From Psammoneis japonica (Eukaryota): 64,000 bases of DNA. The translations under genes and the position numbers were made by a program. Positions 27,527 through 39,300 of the stretch are shown here, piece by piece (positions within the stretch are counted from its first letter, which is position 1; each line of letters opens with the position of its first letter). Location: contig QPGO01000017.1 of assembly GCA_008632985.1 (NCBI GenBank), positions 496,001 to 560,000 of the forward strand, written 5' to 3'. The notes under the pieces were generated by a model that did not search any database, was not told the DNA's origin, and saw nothing but the letters and a program-made list of their open reading frames with translations.

Positions 27527-27696
27527 TTGCAAACTGCCGGCATCAGGGACAATCTAACAGACATCTAGGACAGATGACAATCATGTGCTAGATGAGAAAG
27601 AAAGTGAGCAAAAGAGAGATCATCAGATCTCTCAATGCTGTCTGTGCCAGTCTGTCCGACACAGGGGAGTGTGCTCCCCGTCTCGGATGTCTGCCA
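27527..27696 (-). repeat. 5' LTR of Copia #1
   Basis: Aligns with 20681-20840, with a 10-bp insertion. Confidence 0.88.
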
Positions 27697-28732
27697 CCAA
27701 AAACATCAACCTTGTTGTTCCTGGGCATGTTGATCACCTTGCATCACCACATCCATGCCTTTTCCTTGACCACCAACTGAGGACTGCATTCCATGACCCT
27801 GCACATTGGCATCACTCTGCTGGTCGCACGGCGGGCAAGGCAAAACTTCAGCAGAGTGGTGGCGATGGCTGTGCTTGGAGGGCATGCAAAGAAGCATTTG
27901 GCCTCAAAGCAACTCTCTAACTCTCTTTTGAATGTGAGCATTTCTCATTTTTGGAAATTGATGAGACCTCTTCTGCTGCAAGCTCTTGTCTGTTTTGTGA
28001 TCGAGAGAACATGGGTGGTTCTTCATGAGACCGGGCAAGAAGGCAGCCCATCAAACAATGTGGGGAGCAGTGTTTGGAACACAGGGCCAAGCCTGTGAAC
28101 AAAGAAAAGGGCATGTGTGAAGTTTGCTCTGGCAAAGGCAGCAAGTGTGTCAAACACAAAATTTGAGAAGGGTCTTTTGAGCGGCCGAAACTTTCTTGAA
28201 GACGCGCATCTGGTGATGGTGTTTTTGACTGGAGCAACAGCACTCTTGAAAATGAAAAGTCAGCCGTGAGCCATGAGACTCAACAGCATGGAATGCAAAT
28301 TGTGGAGCTGTGCAGACATGGCAACCCCATGTTTGATGACCTTCTCTTTCAAGAGAAACTCTGGGAAGCAAGAGGGACAAACAAAAAATGCACACACAGC
28401 AGGAGACGATGGCTGCAGAGTGGCTGGCTCACCTCACTCATCTCATTCAACAGTGCTCAAAATGAGCAGGATCAACAATGGGCAATTGAAATGAATGAGC
28501 TAGATGGGTTGGCGAGTGAAGTGGAAAAATGGGACAGCGAGCTGGCCCAAATCCATGTCTGAGCACAACAACATGAAAACGCAACGTGTCTGTCCTGGCA
28601 TGCTTCGAGTGCATCATCATCATGGTGTTTTCCAGCAAAACAGGAGAATTGACAACTGACACCACTTTGCAAATGGCACTCTACAGTGAGCCCAGCTGGT
28701 GAAGCAGCTCTGCCACACCAGCAGAGAGAGAA

Positions 28733-29008
28733 TGACAGGATTTGAACAGGATTTGGGTGCGCGCGAAATGTCGCACGCTGTTCAGTTTACCGCACACAGT
28801 TTTGTGTGCTTTAGTTCCGCGTGCTCGTGCGCGATGTAGTTTGCTTTCGAGCCACAAGGCTCACAAGAACAATGACAGTGGCCCGATTGTGTCGACTTGC
28901 ACGTCTTTCGGCTCCTGTGACGGTCTCTGAGCGGAGACTCATCTGCCATTTAGACAGCAGTGAGGAGTTGTTGTTTGAGTTCTTGCCATTTGCCTTCAAT
29001 TTCTGTCA
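28733..29008 (+). repeat. 5' LTR of Copia #2
   Basis: 276 bp, TG...CA ends, colinear with 35531-35806. Confidence 0.95.
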
Positions 29009-29942
29009 GGTTGACAGTCTTGCTCATTGTCAACCCATTGAGCAACCGCCATCGTCGTTGTTGATTTACCGACGATGCTGTTTCAATTCTGCGTGGACCT
29101 CCGTGTGTGTTCTACATGCATCGGCAAGTCTGCACGCATTCAACACCACCAGGCATCGGCAGGAATTTAACGTCACCGTCAAGTCTCCTTGCCGCTGCAT
29201 GTCTGGATTGATTGCACTGCCTTTTGTTGCTGGAAACACACATTCAACGGTTGTGTCCAAGTCTGTCCTTGATCCTCATCCCTTGACGTGCCCATTCAAT
29301 GGTCAACGGTCAAGAACCCCACATGTGCAAGGATCTTCGTCGCTGAAGACATGTGTGTGTCTACATCTTCACGGCCAAGAACTTGTGCCCACTCTTTGGA
29401 CTGCGGCTTTGCTGCCACTCTACAAGCACGCCAAGTCCATTGCACCTGATCTGCCCCAGACTGCTGGTGCTCTGCAGTTCCACCAGGTCCACAAGGACAA
29501 CTGTGAGAGCAAGCAGCCGTGATTGCAGCCTGCGTTGGGGCGAGGGTGTTTTTCCCGCGTTTGTTCGTTCGTCGCCTGACGCCTGCGTCAACTGGCCAGC
29601 CTGATCGGGAAATCCAACCGACATGAAATGAGAACGGTTCGGGGGTCTTGTCTGCCTCTAGTCAGCTTGCCTGCAGGGGTTTACAACCCGCCACTCCGCT
29701 CGCAAGCAACCCAAAGCGCCGCTGGCTGCAGGTTCGGACGTGCCGGCACAACTCCACGGACCGGATGGGAAGTTTAGCACTTGACAACGAACGGGACAGC
29801 ATGGCCCGGCGACTTCTGATTTTAAGATAGTTCAAGATTTCAAGTCAAGTCTGTTTCAAGTCAAGTCCATTCTCACCCAAGTTTCAGGTCTGCCTTCGCG
29901 TCCCAACCAGAATCGCTTGTTCTGGCACCGCTTTTGCCTGTC

Positions 29943-32900
29943 ATGGTTCTCACTCGTCAGCAACAAACCGATGGTTTTGAGCACGTTGTTGGAACCGTGC
30001 TTGCCCAAGGTGCTGGAAGCCCTCTTCGTTTGGCTTTGACCCATGACGGCACGGACTCGCACCAAGAACTGTTCACGTTCATGCCGTCCCAAATCGACTC
30101 ACTTGAGTGCGACAACGGCACTGATGTGGTCCCTTTGCCACGCGGTTGTAAGAACATGTTAGCAGCTCTGGTCAGTCTGTACATTGTCAAAGCACACAAA
30201 GGTCTCGACGTTGCCAATGACTCCTCGTTGTTCGCGCATGAGGAGTTCCTTGCCTGCCGCCTCAGCCCTGACTGCATGTCTTCTGTGTCCGTCGGCAGCT
30301 CGCCCCTCGCACCTCCGCATGTCACCAACCCGACCAAGGCACGCGACCCTGTGCGAGACTTCAAGCGAGGCATCAAGCGTGACCCCACTGCTTTCACGGC
30401 TCTCAAATCCGACAAGCAGTGGCACACTTGGCACACCTCACTTGTGGCACAAGCCCATGCCCAAGACGTCGAGTGCGTTCTAGACTCGTCGTACAAACCG
30501 ACCAGCCCCGAAGACAAACTGCTCTTTGCTGAACAGCAAAAGTGCATGTTTGCCGTCTTCGAACGCATCCTTCTCACCGACAAGGGCAAAAACACCCAGA
30601 CCGTCTGCCGCGCCTTGTCCGAGCATGCGCTCGCCTCCACCCGCGCTTCCATCAAGTCCTCCACCTTGCTCACGCACCTTGCCACCGCATGTCTTGGTGA
30701 TGGCACTTGGAAAGGTCCGACCCACGGGTTCATCCTTCATTGGCAAGATCAGTTGCGCAAGCACGAGGCACTCATCCCGGCCAGTGACCACTTCTCTGAA
30801 GGGCAGAAGCGCGTCATGCTCGAGAATGCCATGCATCCTGTCGAGGAACTCCGCGCCGTCAAGAACCAAGCTGATCAGCATCGCACACAGAGTGGCAAGA
30901 GCCTCACATGTGATCAACATTGTGGCTTGCTCCTCTCCGCGGCGGCTCAATGTGACAGCACGTTTCAACCCAAGACGACACCTCGAGCTCCCCGACGTGC
31001 CACACACGCACACAACGTCCACTCCGAGGAACCATCCAATGATGTGTTCTACGACATCGACAGCAACATTGACGTCCTTCAGGCCAACGCTGCCTGCACC
31101 CGCGGTCCCAGCCTCACCGGTGACCAATGGAATCGTCTCCCTCCCGACCACCAATGGATTTGGGATTTGTTGCCCCATTCCTCCAAGGCGATCATCCTTG
31201 AGCATTCTCGTCCGCCTCCCTGCAACCCGCGTGCCAGCAACTGCCATGAGTCCGTTGCGGTCAACCTTCACGACCAACGACTTGGGAGTGACGGTGATGT
31301 CAACTTGTCCAACACGACTCCTGCTGACTTTGGTGACCCTGCTCCAAATGTGGGTGCCGCTTCAAACAATCCCATTCTGGCACACCTCACCAAGTGCAAG
31401 CCACTGCCACCCGGTGATCTGCAGCGCCTGTTGTCTCCCAACCAAGCCCCCAATGCCAGTCGACCAGGCCCATCCGCCGCTCCCTCTACCTCGCCTGCTC
31501 CCGCAGATGACATGGAACTCAACGGCCGCACTTGCCACCGCGTCAACAACCACAATGTCATTTGCTCTGCCTCCGCTCATCGCTCCACATGCACTGGTGC
31601 TCTAGTCGATCGTGGAGCCAACGGCAGCATTGCTGGCGACAACGTTCGCGTCATTGCACGCACCTCTTGCCAAGTCGACGTTCAGGGCATTGACGACCAT
31701 CAATTGGTGGACATCCCCATTGTCACCGCTGGCGCCATCATTGAGACACAGCGTGGTCCCGTCATTGCCATCCTCCATCAGTGCGCGCACACAGGAAAGG
31801 GCAAGACCATTCATTCCTGTGGCCAACTCGAATGGCACAAACATGATGTCAACGATCGATCTGTCAAGGTGCCCAATGGCTTGCAACGTGTCGCCACCCC
31901 TGATGGCTGTGTCACCCCAATTGACATCAAGGGCGGCCTGCCTCATGTTGCCATGTGTCCCCACACTGACGCCGAATGGGACACCCTGCCCCATGTCATC
32001 CTTGCCGGTGATGACACTTGGGATCCTTCCATCCTCGATCACTCTCTCACTGACAACAACCAGCGGCACGACACGATCTCTGACCTGCAGGACGATCCCA
32101 CTGCCAACCTGTTTGACGAATGCGGCAACTGCTGTCACCGTGTTGTTGTCAACAAGGCCATCATGTCCGCCTCCTTGTCTGCCGATCACGCGTCCGTCCT
32201 CGATGACTGCCTCATTCCGAATGACGACGTGTTCTACAAGTGTCATCCACATGCGATTGACCGCAAGGACGACGACACACCGCCCCGGAGCGCACTGTGC
32301 AGCCCAAGGACCCCCCCTGCGAGTCTCTTCGGCCTCACTTTGGTTTCCAACCTGCCGATGCAGTTCGTCGTACTTTCGACTGCACCGCGCAGTGCGCCCG
32401 CATGCCTGCTGGCACACACCTTGGGAAGGCCCACAAATCGCCCAACCCCGCCCTTAATGTGCACCGCCGCAACGAGCCTGTCGCCACTGACACCGTTCAT
32501 GCTGACACCCCGGCCATCGACTCTGGTTGCACCAGCGCCCAACTGTTTGTTGGCACCGAGTCTACCGTCACTGATGTCTGCGGCACCAAAACAGACAAAG
32601 AGTTTGTCAACACACTCAAGGATCAGATCCTTGAGTGTGGTGCTCCATCCAAACTCATTGGCGACTGTGCTCAAGTTGAGATCAGCAACAAGGTGCTCGG
32701 GATCCTGCGAGCCCTCTTTGTCTCCAGCTGGCAAAGTGAGCCTCACCAGCAACACCAAAACTTTGCCGAACGTCAACACCAGACCGTGAAGCGCATGGCG
32801 AACACAGTCATGGACCGTTTCGGTTTGCCCGCCCACACATGGCTGCTCGCGCTCATGTGCGTGTGTTTCATCCTCAACCATGCAGCCTCCCCACGTCTCC

Positions 32901-35520
32901 ACTGGCGCACGCCCCTCGAGACTCTCACTGGCTCCACCCCGGACATCAGCCCATTGCTCCGCTTTCACTGGTGGGAACCCGTGTGCTGCCACCTCGATGA
33001 CTCCGATTGGCTGTCCGAATCCCGTGAGTTGCGTGGACGCTTTGTTGGCATTGCTGAGCACGTCGGCCACCAGATGACCTTCAAGATTCTCTCTGACGAC
33101 ACTCAGAAGATCCTCTGCTGGTCCAACGTACGATCCGCTGCCACCAATCCTGCCGCTTGAAACCTGCGTCTTGATCCTCCTGATGGGGAGCCACCTGAAC
33201 CCATCATCAAATCTCGCCATGATGACAACCCCGTCGATTCACCCAATGGGGAGATCAGGACACCCAAGATGCCAGTTTTCGACCCGCCAGACATCATCGG
33301 ACGCACCTTCCTCATGCAGCCACAAGAGGACGGACAATGCCACAGAGCTCGCATCGTCAAGGCCGTTGAAGACCACAAATGGAAAGTGAACGGCAACCCC
33401 GAGCTCACTGAGTTCGTCTGCTCTGTCAACAACGACGAATGCGAGGAAGTCCTGGCATGCAACGGCATCATGAATCACATTGAGCAAGAAGACGAAGACA
33501 CTGCTGTTTGGAAATTTCGACGCATTGTGTCACACGAAGGACCTCTGAAGCCTCATGACCCAACCTGGAAAGGCTCAAGCTACAACATCATGCTTGAATG
33601 GGAAAGTGGGGAGATCACGTCCAAGCCTCTTGCCATCATCGCCAAGGACGACCCTGTCACCTGTGCCATCTGTGCACGAGAGAACGGACTTCTCGACACT
33701 GATGGCTGGAAGCGGTTCCACACCATCGCGAGACGCCAGAAGAAGCCATTTCGCATGGCCAACCAAGCCAAGCTTTGCTCCTTCCGCACTGCACCTCGCT
33801 GCAAGTGCGGATGCGAAGTCCCCCAGAACTGCAAACATGCCATGTCACTGGACGAACGCAACGGCAACCGCAAATGGGGAGACGCAACTAATCTTGAGAT
33901 GGACCAACTCGATGAGTGCAAAGTCTTTCATGACTGCGGGCCCTCCGAGTCTTCCACTCCTCCTGCGGGACACAAGAAGATCCGAGTGCACCTGGTGCAC
34001 GACGTGAAACACGACGGCCGCCACAAGGCCTGACTCTTAGCCGATGGGCACCTCACAGATGCACCCATCAACAGTGTCCACTCCAGAGCAGTCTCCCTCC
34101 GTGGCCTTCGGCTGATGATTTTCCTGGCCAAACTCAACGAGTTGGAGACATGGGCTGCCGACATTGGCAATGCCTGCCTTGAAGCCACCAACAAGGAGAA
34201 ACTGCACATCGTGGCTGGACCCGAATTTGGCAAACTCGAAGGCCACATTCTTGTCATCCACAAGGCCCTGTGTGGACTGCGCAGCTCCGGCCTCCGCTGG
34301 CACAAGCGCTTTGCCGACTGCCTGCGAGCTGAAGGTTTCTTCCCCTGTCACACCAAACCCGACATTTGGATGTGCAGGAACGGCGACCACTGCGAACACA
34401 TCGCCGTTCATGTGGATGACGACCTTGCCATTGCCATGAAGGACCCTCAATCTTTTGTCGACACTCTCACAGAAAAGTGCAAGTTCAAGCTCAAGGGTGC
34501 GGGACCGATTGAGTTCCATCTGGGCTGTGACTTTTCCCGGGATCCTGACGGCACCTTGTGCCTGTCCCCGCGCAAGTGCATTGAACGCATGGCCGACAGC
34601 TGCACATGACTTTTTGGGGAGAAACCTGCCACCAACATCCTGTCACCTCTGGAGAAGGGTGACCACCCCGAACTGGACACTTCCGAACTGCTTGGGCCCA
34701 ATGGCATTCAACAGTTCCAGTCTCTTGTTGGTTCACTCCAATGGGCAGTGTCCCTTGGTCTAGTTGACATTGCCATGGCCGTCATGTCACTCTCTAGTTT
34801 CTGAGCTGCGCCCCGTCAAGGCCACTTGGATCATGCCAAATGCGTCTGTGGGTGCCTCTCCAAGATGTGACACGGTGCTCTCCGCGTTCGCACGGAAGAG
34901 CCCGACCATTGGATCTCCCTGCTCCGGCCCATGAATGGATGCATTCCATGTGCGGTGAAGCAGAAGAGATGATCCCGAAGGACGCTCCACCGCCCCTTGG
35001 CAAGTTCGTCACTGCCACCCACTGCGTCGATGCAAACTTGTGCCATTGCATGCTCACCGGATGCTCTGTCATGGGAATGCTCCACTTCCTCAACAAATTC
35101 CTGGCTGATTGGTTCTCCAAGAAGCAAGCCACCGTGGAGACTGCGACCTGCGGGTCTGAATTTGTTGCCGCAAGGACTTGTGTCGAGCAGATTGTCGACC
35201 TGCGCATCACCCTGCGCCACCTCGGCGTCCCGATCCGTGACGTCAGTTGCATGTTTGGTGACAACAAGTCGGTTGTAGACAGTGCCACCATCCCGCACTC
35301 CAAGCCACACAAGCGACACACCGCACTGTCGTTCCACCGTGTGCGTGAGGCAATTGCCTCTGGTCACCTTGAGCTCCACTTCATCGAAGGCTCCCGCAAC
35401 CCTGCTGACATTCTCAGCAAGCATTGGGGTCACTCCCAAATCTGGGACCTTCTCCGCCCCCTCATGTTCTGGAACTTCATTCCATCCGAAGTCGAATCTG
35501 TTTCTGTGACTCCTCAAGCA
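29943..35520 (+). pseudogene. gag-pol polyprotein of Copia #2, disrupted
   Basis: ORF pieces 29934-32789, 32297-33160, 33269-34033, 34115-34609, 34840-35583; frameshifts plus TGA stops at inferred CGA(Arg) positions (34031, 34607, 34802); Tyr nearly absent. Confidence 0.92.
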
Positions 35521-35530
35521 AACTGGGGAG

Positions 35531-35806
35531 TGACAGGATTTGAACAGGATTTGGGTGCACGCGAAATGTCGCGCGCTGTTTAGCCCACTGCGCACAGTTT
35601 TGTGTGCTTCAGTTCCGCACGCTCGCACGCGATGTAGTTTGCTTTCGAGCCACAAGGCTCACAAGAATGACAACAGTGGCCCGATCACACCAACTTGCAC
35701 GTCTTTCAGCTCCTGTGACGGTCTCTGAGCGGAGACTCATCTGCTGTTTAGACAGCAGCAAGGAGTTGTTGTTTGAATTCTTGCCATTTGCCTTCAATTT
35801 CTGTCA
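35531..35806 (+). repeat. 3' LTR of Copia #2
   Basis: 276 bp, colinear with 28733-29008. Confidence 0.95.
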
Positions 35807-36307
35807 GAGAGGGGGGGCCTCCAGCATTCACATGGGATGTGTGTGAGGTGTGAGTGATGAGTGACGACATCATCAAACACAATGCCGCAGGTTCCCAATG
35901 GGGGAGGGCAGGGGCTGTGTTCATGTTCATGGGAAGATGCACATGTGTGGCATTAAAAGCAAGTGACGAATGTTGTGCTCAGTGCACAATGTCTCATGTT
36001 TGAGGATGCTTCTGCTGCTGTCAGCATTTGTTGATGTGATGAATTTAAAGTCAATGAAGACACAAATGACATCAATTTGTCAGGTGCAAAGCACAGCACA
36101 ACTGACAAATTTTCGCCAGGAGACGACTCCATCACAAAAATCGCAGAACCCAGCGTGTCTCATGCACGTTGTTCTTGTTCTCATCTTGCTCGGAATCGTT
36201 TCAAGAGCCACGAACTTCCAAATCAGACAACTGCTGTTAGCATCGTAGGCACCAACAGCAATGTGCCAGCGAGGAATGACAGAAGTGGCTGAGATTTTTG
36301 ACAGAAA

Positions 36308-39300
36308 ATGGTGGTGCTAAATTTGTTGGTGCAACCGAAACCAGGCTACACGCATCCAAAGAAACTCCAACGTATTCAAGTGGACACTTCAGAACGAGTC
36401 AAAGATGTTGTCTCTAAACTCAAGCTTGAAAAGAAAGGAACTCACTTTCATGCGAATGGAGGTGAACTTCCCTTGAATTCTTCGATTGCCTCTCACAATG
36501 TTCAAGATGGAAGTGTCCTCGAGACTTGCAACTGTCCAGTCTTGTTGGCTGTCTTACCATCGGTTCTAAAAGATTTCAACGAGGTAGAAAAACTGCCAAA
36601 ACTGACGATTGAGGAGAAGAGTCAGTTCGCCCGCTTTTGGATGATGCACTTTTGCATCCGTGGCCAAACAGATGGTCACCCAATGACATCAAGTCCCGGA
36701 TCATCTGTTTGGCAACCATCAAGAAAGTGATTCAACGCGATGGTCGATTTGAAGTGGAAGCAATTCCTCACTGTCAAGATCTGCATTCCCTCTCTGAGTT
36801 CATGAAAACTGCATGGAACCGTGTCAATGCTGCACCCACCAGTCCAGATGGAACTCCGAGATGCCGAGGTGGTCACAACACAATGGCACACATTGTCAAA
36901 CCAACTTCTCGAAACCGAAATGGACAGCCAACTGCTTGTTGGGAGTTGCTGCAAAACAAACTGGACAAATGCCATCTTGTGGCAAGTCAGCTTGGCCCCA
37001 ATGAGGATGCCATCGAAGAATTTCTCAAGCAGGATTCGGCTGGACATGGCACACCATCTGCTGCGTCTCAATCCCCTTCTAGAATGAGACGCACTGCCGG
37101 AGAAGTGGCAACGCCCAGTGCAATGCGGCCACGCCAAAAGCTGGCGATGGCTCCATCACCAGGGCGAAGGCAGTCGACATCTGTCCAGTGCATTGGGTGC
37201 ATCGCTCAAGCAGAGTGTGCATGTTTGGCAGGCTGCCCCTTTCACAAGCAATTTTGTTGTGCCATGTGCTTTGTTGGCAATCACCCTCCCTTCCAACGCA
37301 ATCACGAAAATGTCCCACTCACCGATCGGAGAGTCAAACCACTCTTGAAGGAACAAAATCGCAGACCCTGCATCCCAGATTGTGCCTCGGGGGCACTCTC
37401 CATTCTACAAATTTTGCACCAATGTTCGAATCGCATGGACACAAACTTGCGGGAGTGCAGTCTGGCAGAAAGTCATCTCAAAAAGCTTGCTCAAGAAAAG
37501 TGTCGATCAAATCTCTACGACAGTCAGGCCCGTGGACGAACCGCCTTTGCGTGCGTGGAATCTCTGACAGACAAAGGATTTCTCCGCAAAGAACTCATCC
37601 CTGGATCGCGTGAAGCCAAATTCAGTCTGCTGCCTCCAGGAGAAACCATGGGGAAACAATGCTGTGAATTCGACCAAGTGCCACAGCGCATGCTTTTTAC
37701 TCAACCAATGCAGACAGAAAGGAATCAAGTCTGCAGTGGCCAGCATCATGCAATTCGATTGATCATCGACAACCGTGAAGATGCCACAGACGAGGACGTT
37801 TGGACTCAATGCATGTGTTTGACTACAAATTTTTAAAATGATCAATGAGACGACACTCGAAATTTAAAAAAAATCTCTGTTCACATGAGAGACAAATTTT
37901 CAACATGCAGCAACTTAAATTTATAAATTTTTGTCATTGTGTGTGTTTGCAATCATTGTCTAAAATGTGTGTGCTGTTCACAGAGATGCAAAACCAACAG
38001 TGCCGTTTTACACAAACTGCAGAGTTGAAGGGACGAACACATTTTGAATGTGACAGTGTCCCTTGTGTTAAAATTTTAAATTTTTTTTGAAATGAAAGAG
38101 ACGACATTTGACCATCCTTCGCGATGAAGCAGACTCGTTTCGTCGCACACACTTTGTTTCTCATAAATTTCGTTGCACAACGAATCCCCTTTTTCTTTCT
38201 CACCACCTGCCGGTTGGTGGCACTCCTTTGTTCAAGGACTGAAAGCAAAGATGGTTAGAAAAGTCAAGGGCAATTTGGTGGTTGAGGCTGCAGTCGTTCT
38301 GAGTTCTTGCTTTCAGGTGAAATCCGTTGTTGAGTTGGTCGAAAACAAACATAAAACTGCACACGAATGTTGTTGCTGATTGAGCCACTGTCTTGCTGTT
38401 TGGTTGTAAGGTGTCCCAAATCTGATGTCTTCTTCTAAAGTTGTCCCAAGAGCTGCTGGCTTGGGCATTGGGCTGGCTTTGTCACTGCTTTGGTGGTTCA
38501 CAACTACAGTCACGCTGTGTTCTTGCCTTTGAGTGAGATCCGTTGTGAAAACTGGTTGGAAACAACTGCGGAACTTCAAAGATTTTAAGAAATGGGTGTG
38601 CATGGCATTCCATGGCACGGCGACGCTCCAAGGCCCCGATGGCCAGGTGAACAACAACCAGATTTAGTGTTTGAGAAACCGAAAGCACCCTTCAAGTTCA
38701 AACCAGAAAATGTGAAAAGATGTGGATTGCTTTCTAAAAAGTGGAAGACAGAATCTGTTGACAGATTGGAAGCATCGGAAGCTGGTGCTCATGTGTCATG
38801 GGACAGACACAGCAAACCGCACTGTCAAATTGCTCGTTGTGATCATGGGAAACTTGACAAACTGGCGAAAGAACAAGGTGTTCCTGCAAACAGAATGAAG
38901 GGAACGTACATTGACCCTGGCAAGTTTGCACACATTGACCATGAAAGTGATTTTTGGCAAGATTGTTTTGCACCTCATTTGTCCAAGTTGGATGTCAAGG
39001 GATTGGTTGATGACATGTTGAAGTCTCATTCGGAAGACACTGGTGACCGCCTCAGGGGCAATGTCACTGCAGGCGGTGGATGTGCTTCACAAAACATGCG
39101 GTTGGGTGAAGAAGGAGCAACAGAACCTCAAGTCACTAAGGGGCTTGGGAAAGAGCACGCAGAAACAATGTGTTGCATGTCTGACATGCTTTGTGATTGG
39201 GTCGAGACAAGAACATTTCAAGCGAACAACAAGAGTTGCCAGCTGGGGAATGTCTCTTTGTGATTCAAAATGAAAATGGTGAGGAAAAAGTGCCACCCAC

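Larger units (their letters stand above)
20681..27696 (-). mobile_element. Full-length decayed Ty1/Copia LTR retrotransposon #1
   Basis: Direct LTRs 20681-20840 and 27527-27696; 5-bp TSD CCAAA (20676-20680, 27697-27701); PPT AGGGGAGGG; PBS-like GGTTGTGAGC; gag zinc knuckle (CVVCGDGHSFHECP), GAG-pre-integrase WHHRLGHPS, integrase (VDQGGEL..GPVERSH..FWP), RT (LLHQVNDFALA), RNase H (SSAKAEFLAA..HIDSSSA..HHIDTQHF) in Copia order. Confidence 0.92.
28733..35806 (+). mobile_element. Full-length Ty1/Copia LTR retrotransposon #2 (diatom CoDi-like), younger but inactivated
   Basis: 276-bp LTRs TGACAG...CTGTCA; near-TSD GAGAA/GAGAG; PPT aactggggag; gag (DFKRGIKRD), protease (LVDRGANGSIAG), integrase (VATDTV..SEPHQQHQNFAER), RT (DVKHDGRHKA, ADIGNACLEA, KALCGLRSSG, HVDD), RNase H (VETATCGSEFVA, MFGDNKSVV, NPADILSK). 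Confidence 0.96.

Noticed and set aside
13600..28700. Classical fungal RIP or CpG deamination alone
   Set aside because: RIP raises TpA and lowers CpA/TpG, the opposite of what is seen; CpG decay is present but cannot remove TA or turn Tyr into Cys/His
29934..35583. Alternative genetic code or Tyr-codon reassignment as the cause of the Cys/His substitutions
   Set aside because: Neighbouring host genes use TAT/TAC Tyr normally, and TA loss also affects non-coding LTRs and all codon positions
28733..35806. ADAR-type RNA editing or APOBEC-like hypermutation during retrotransposition
   Set aside because: A->G and T->C coexist on one strand, the two LTRs differ reciprocally, and a DNA-level duplicate that includes upstream sequence is equally affected
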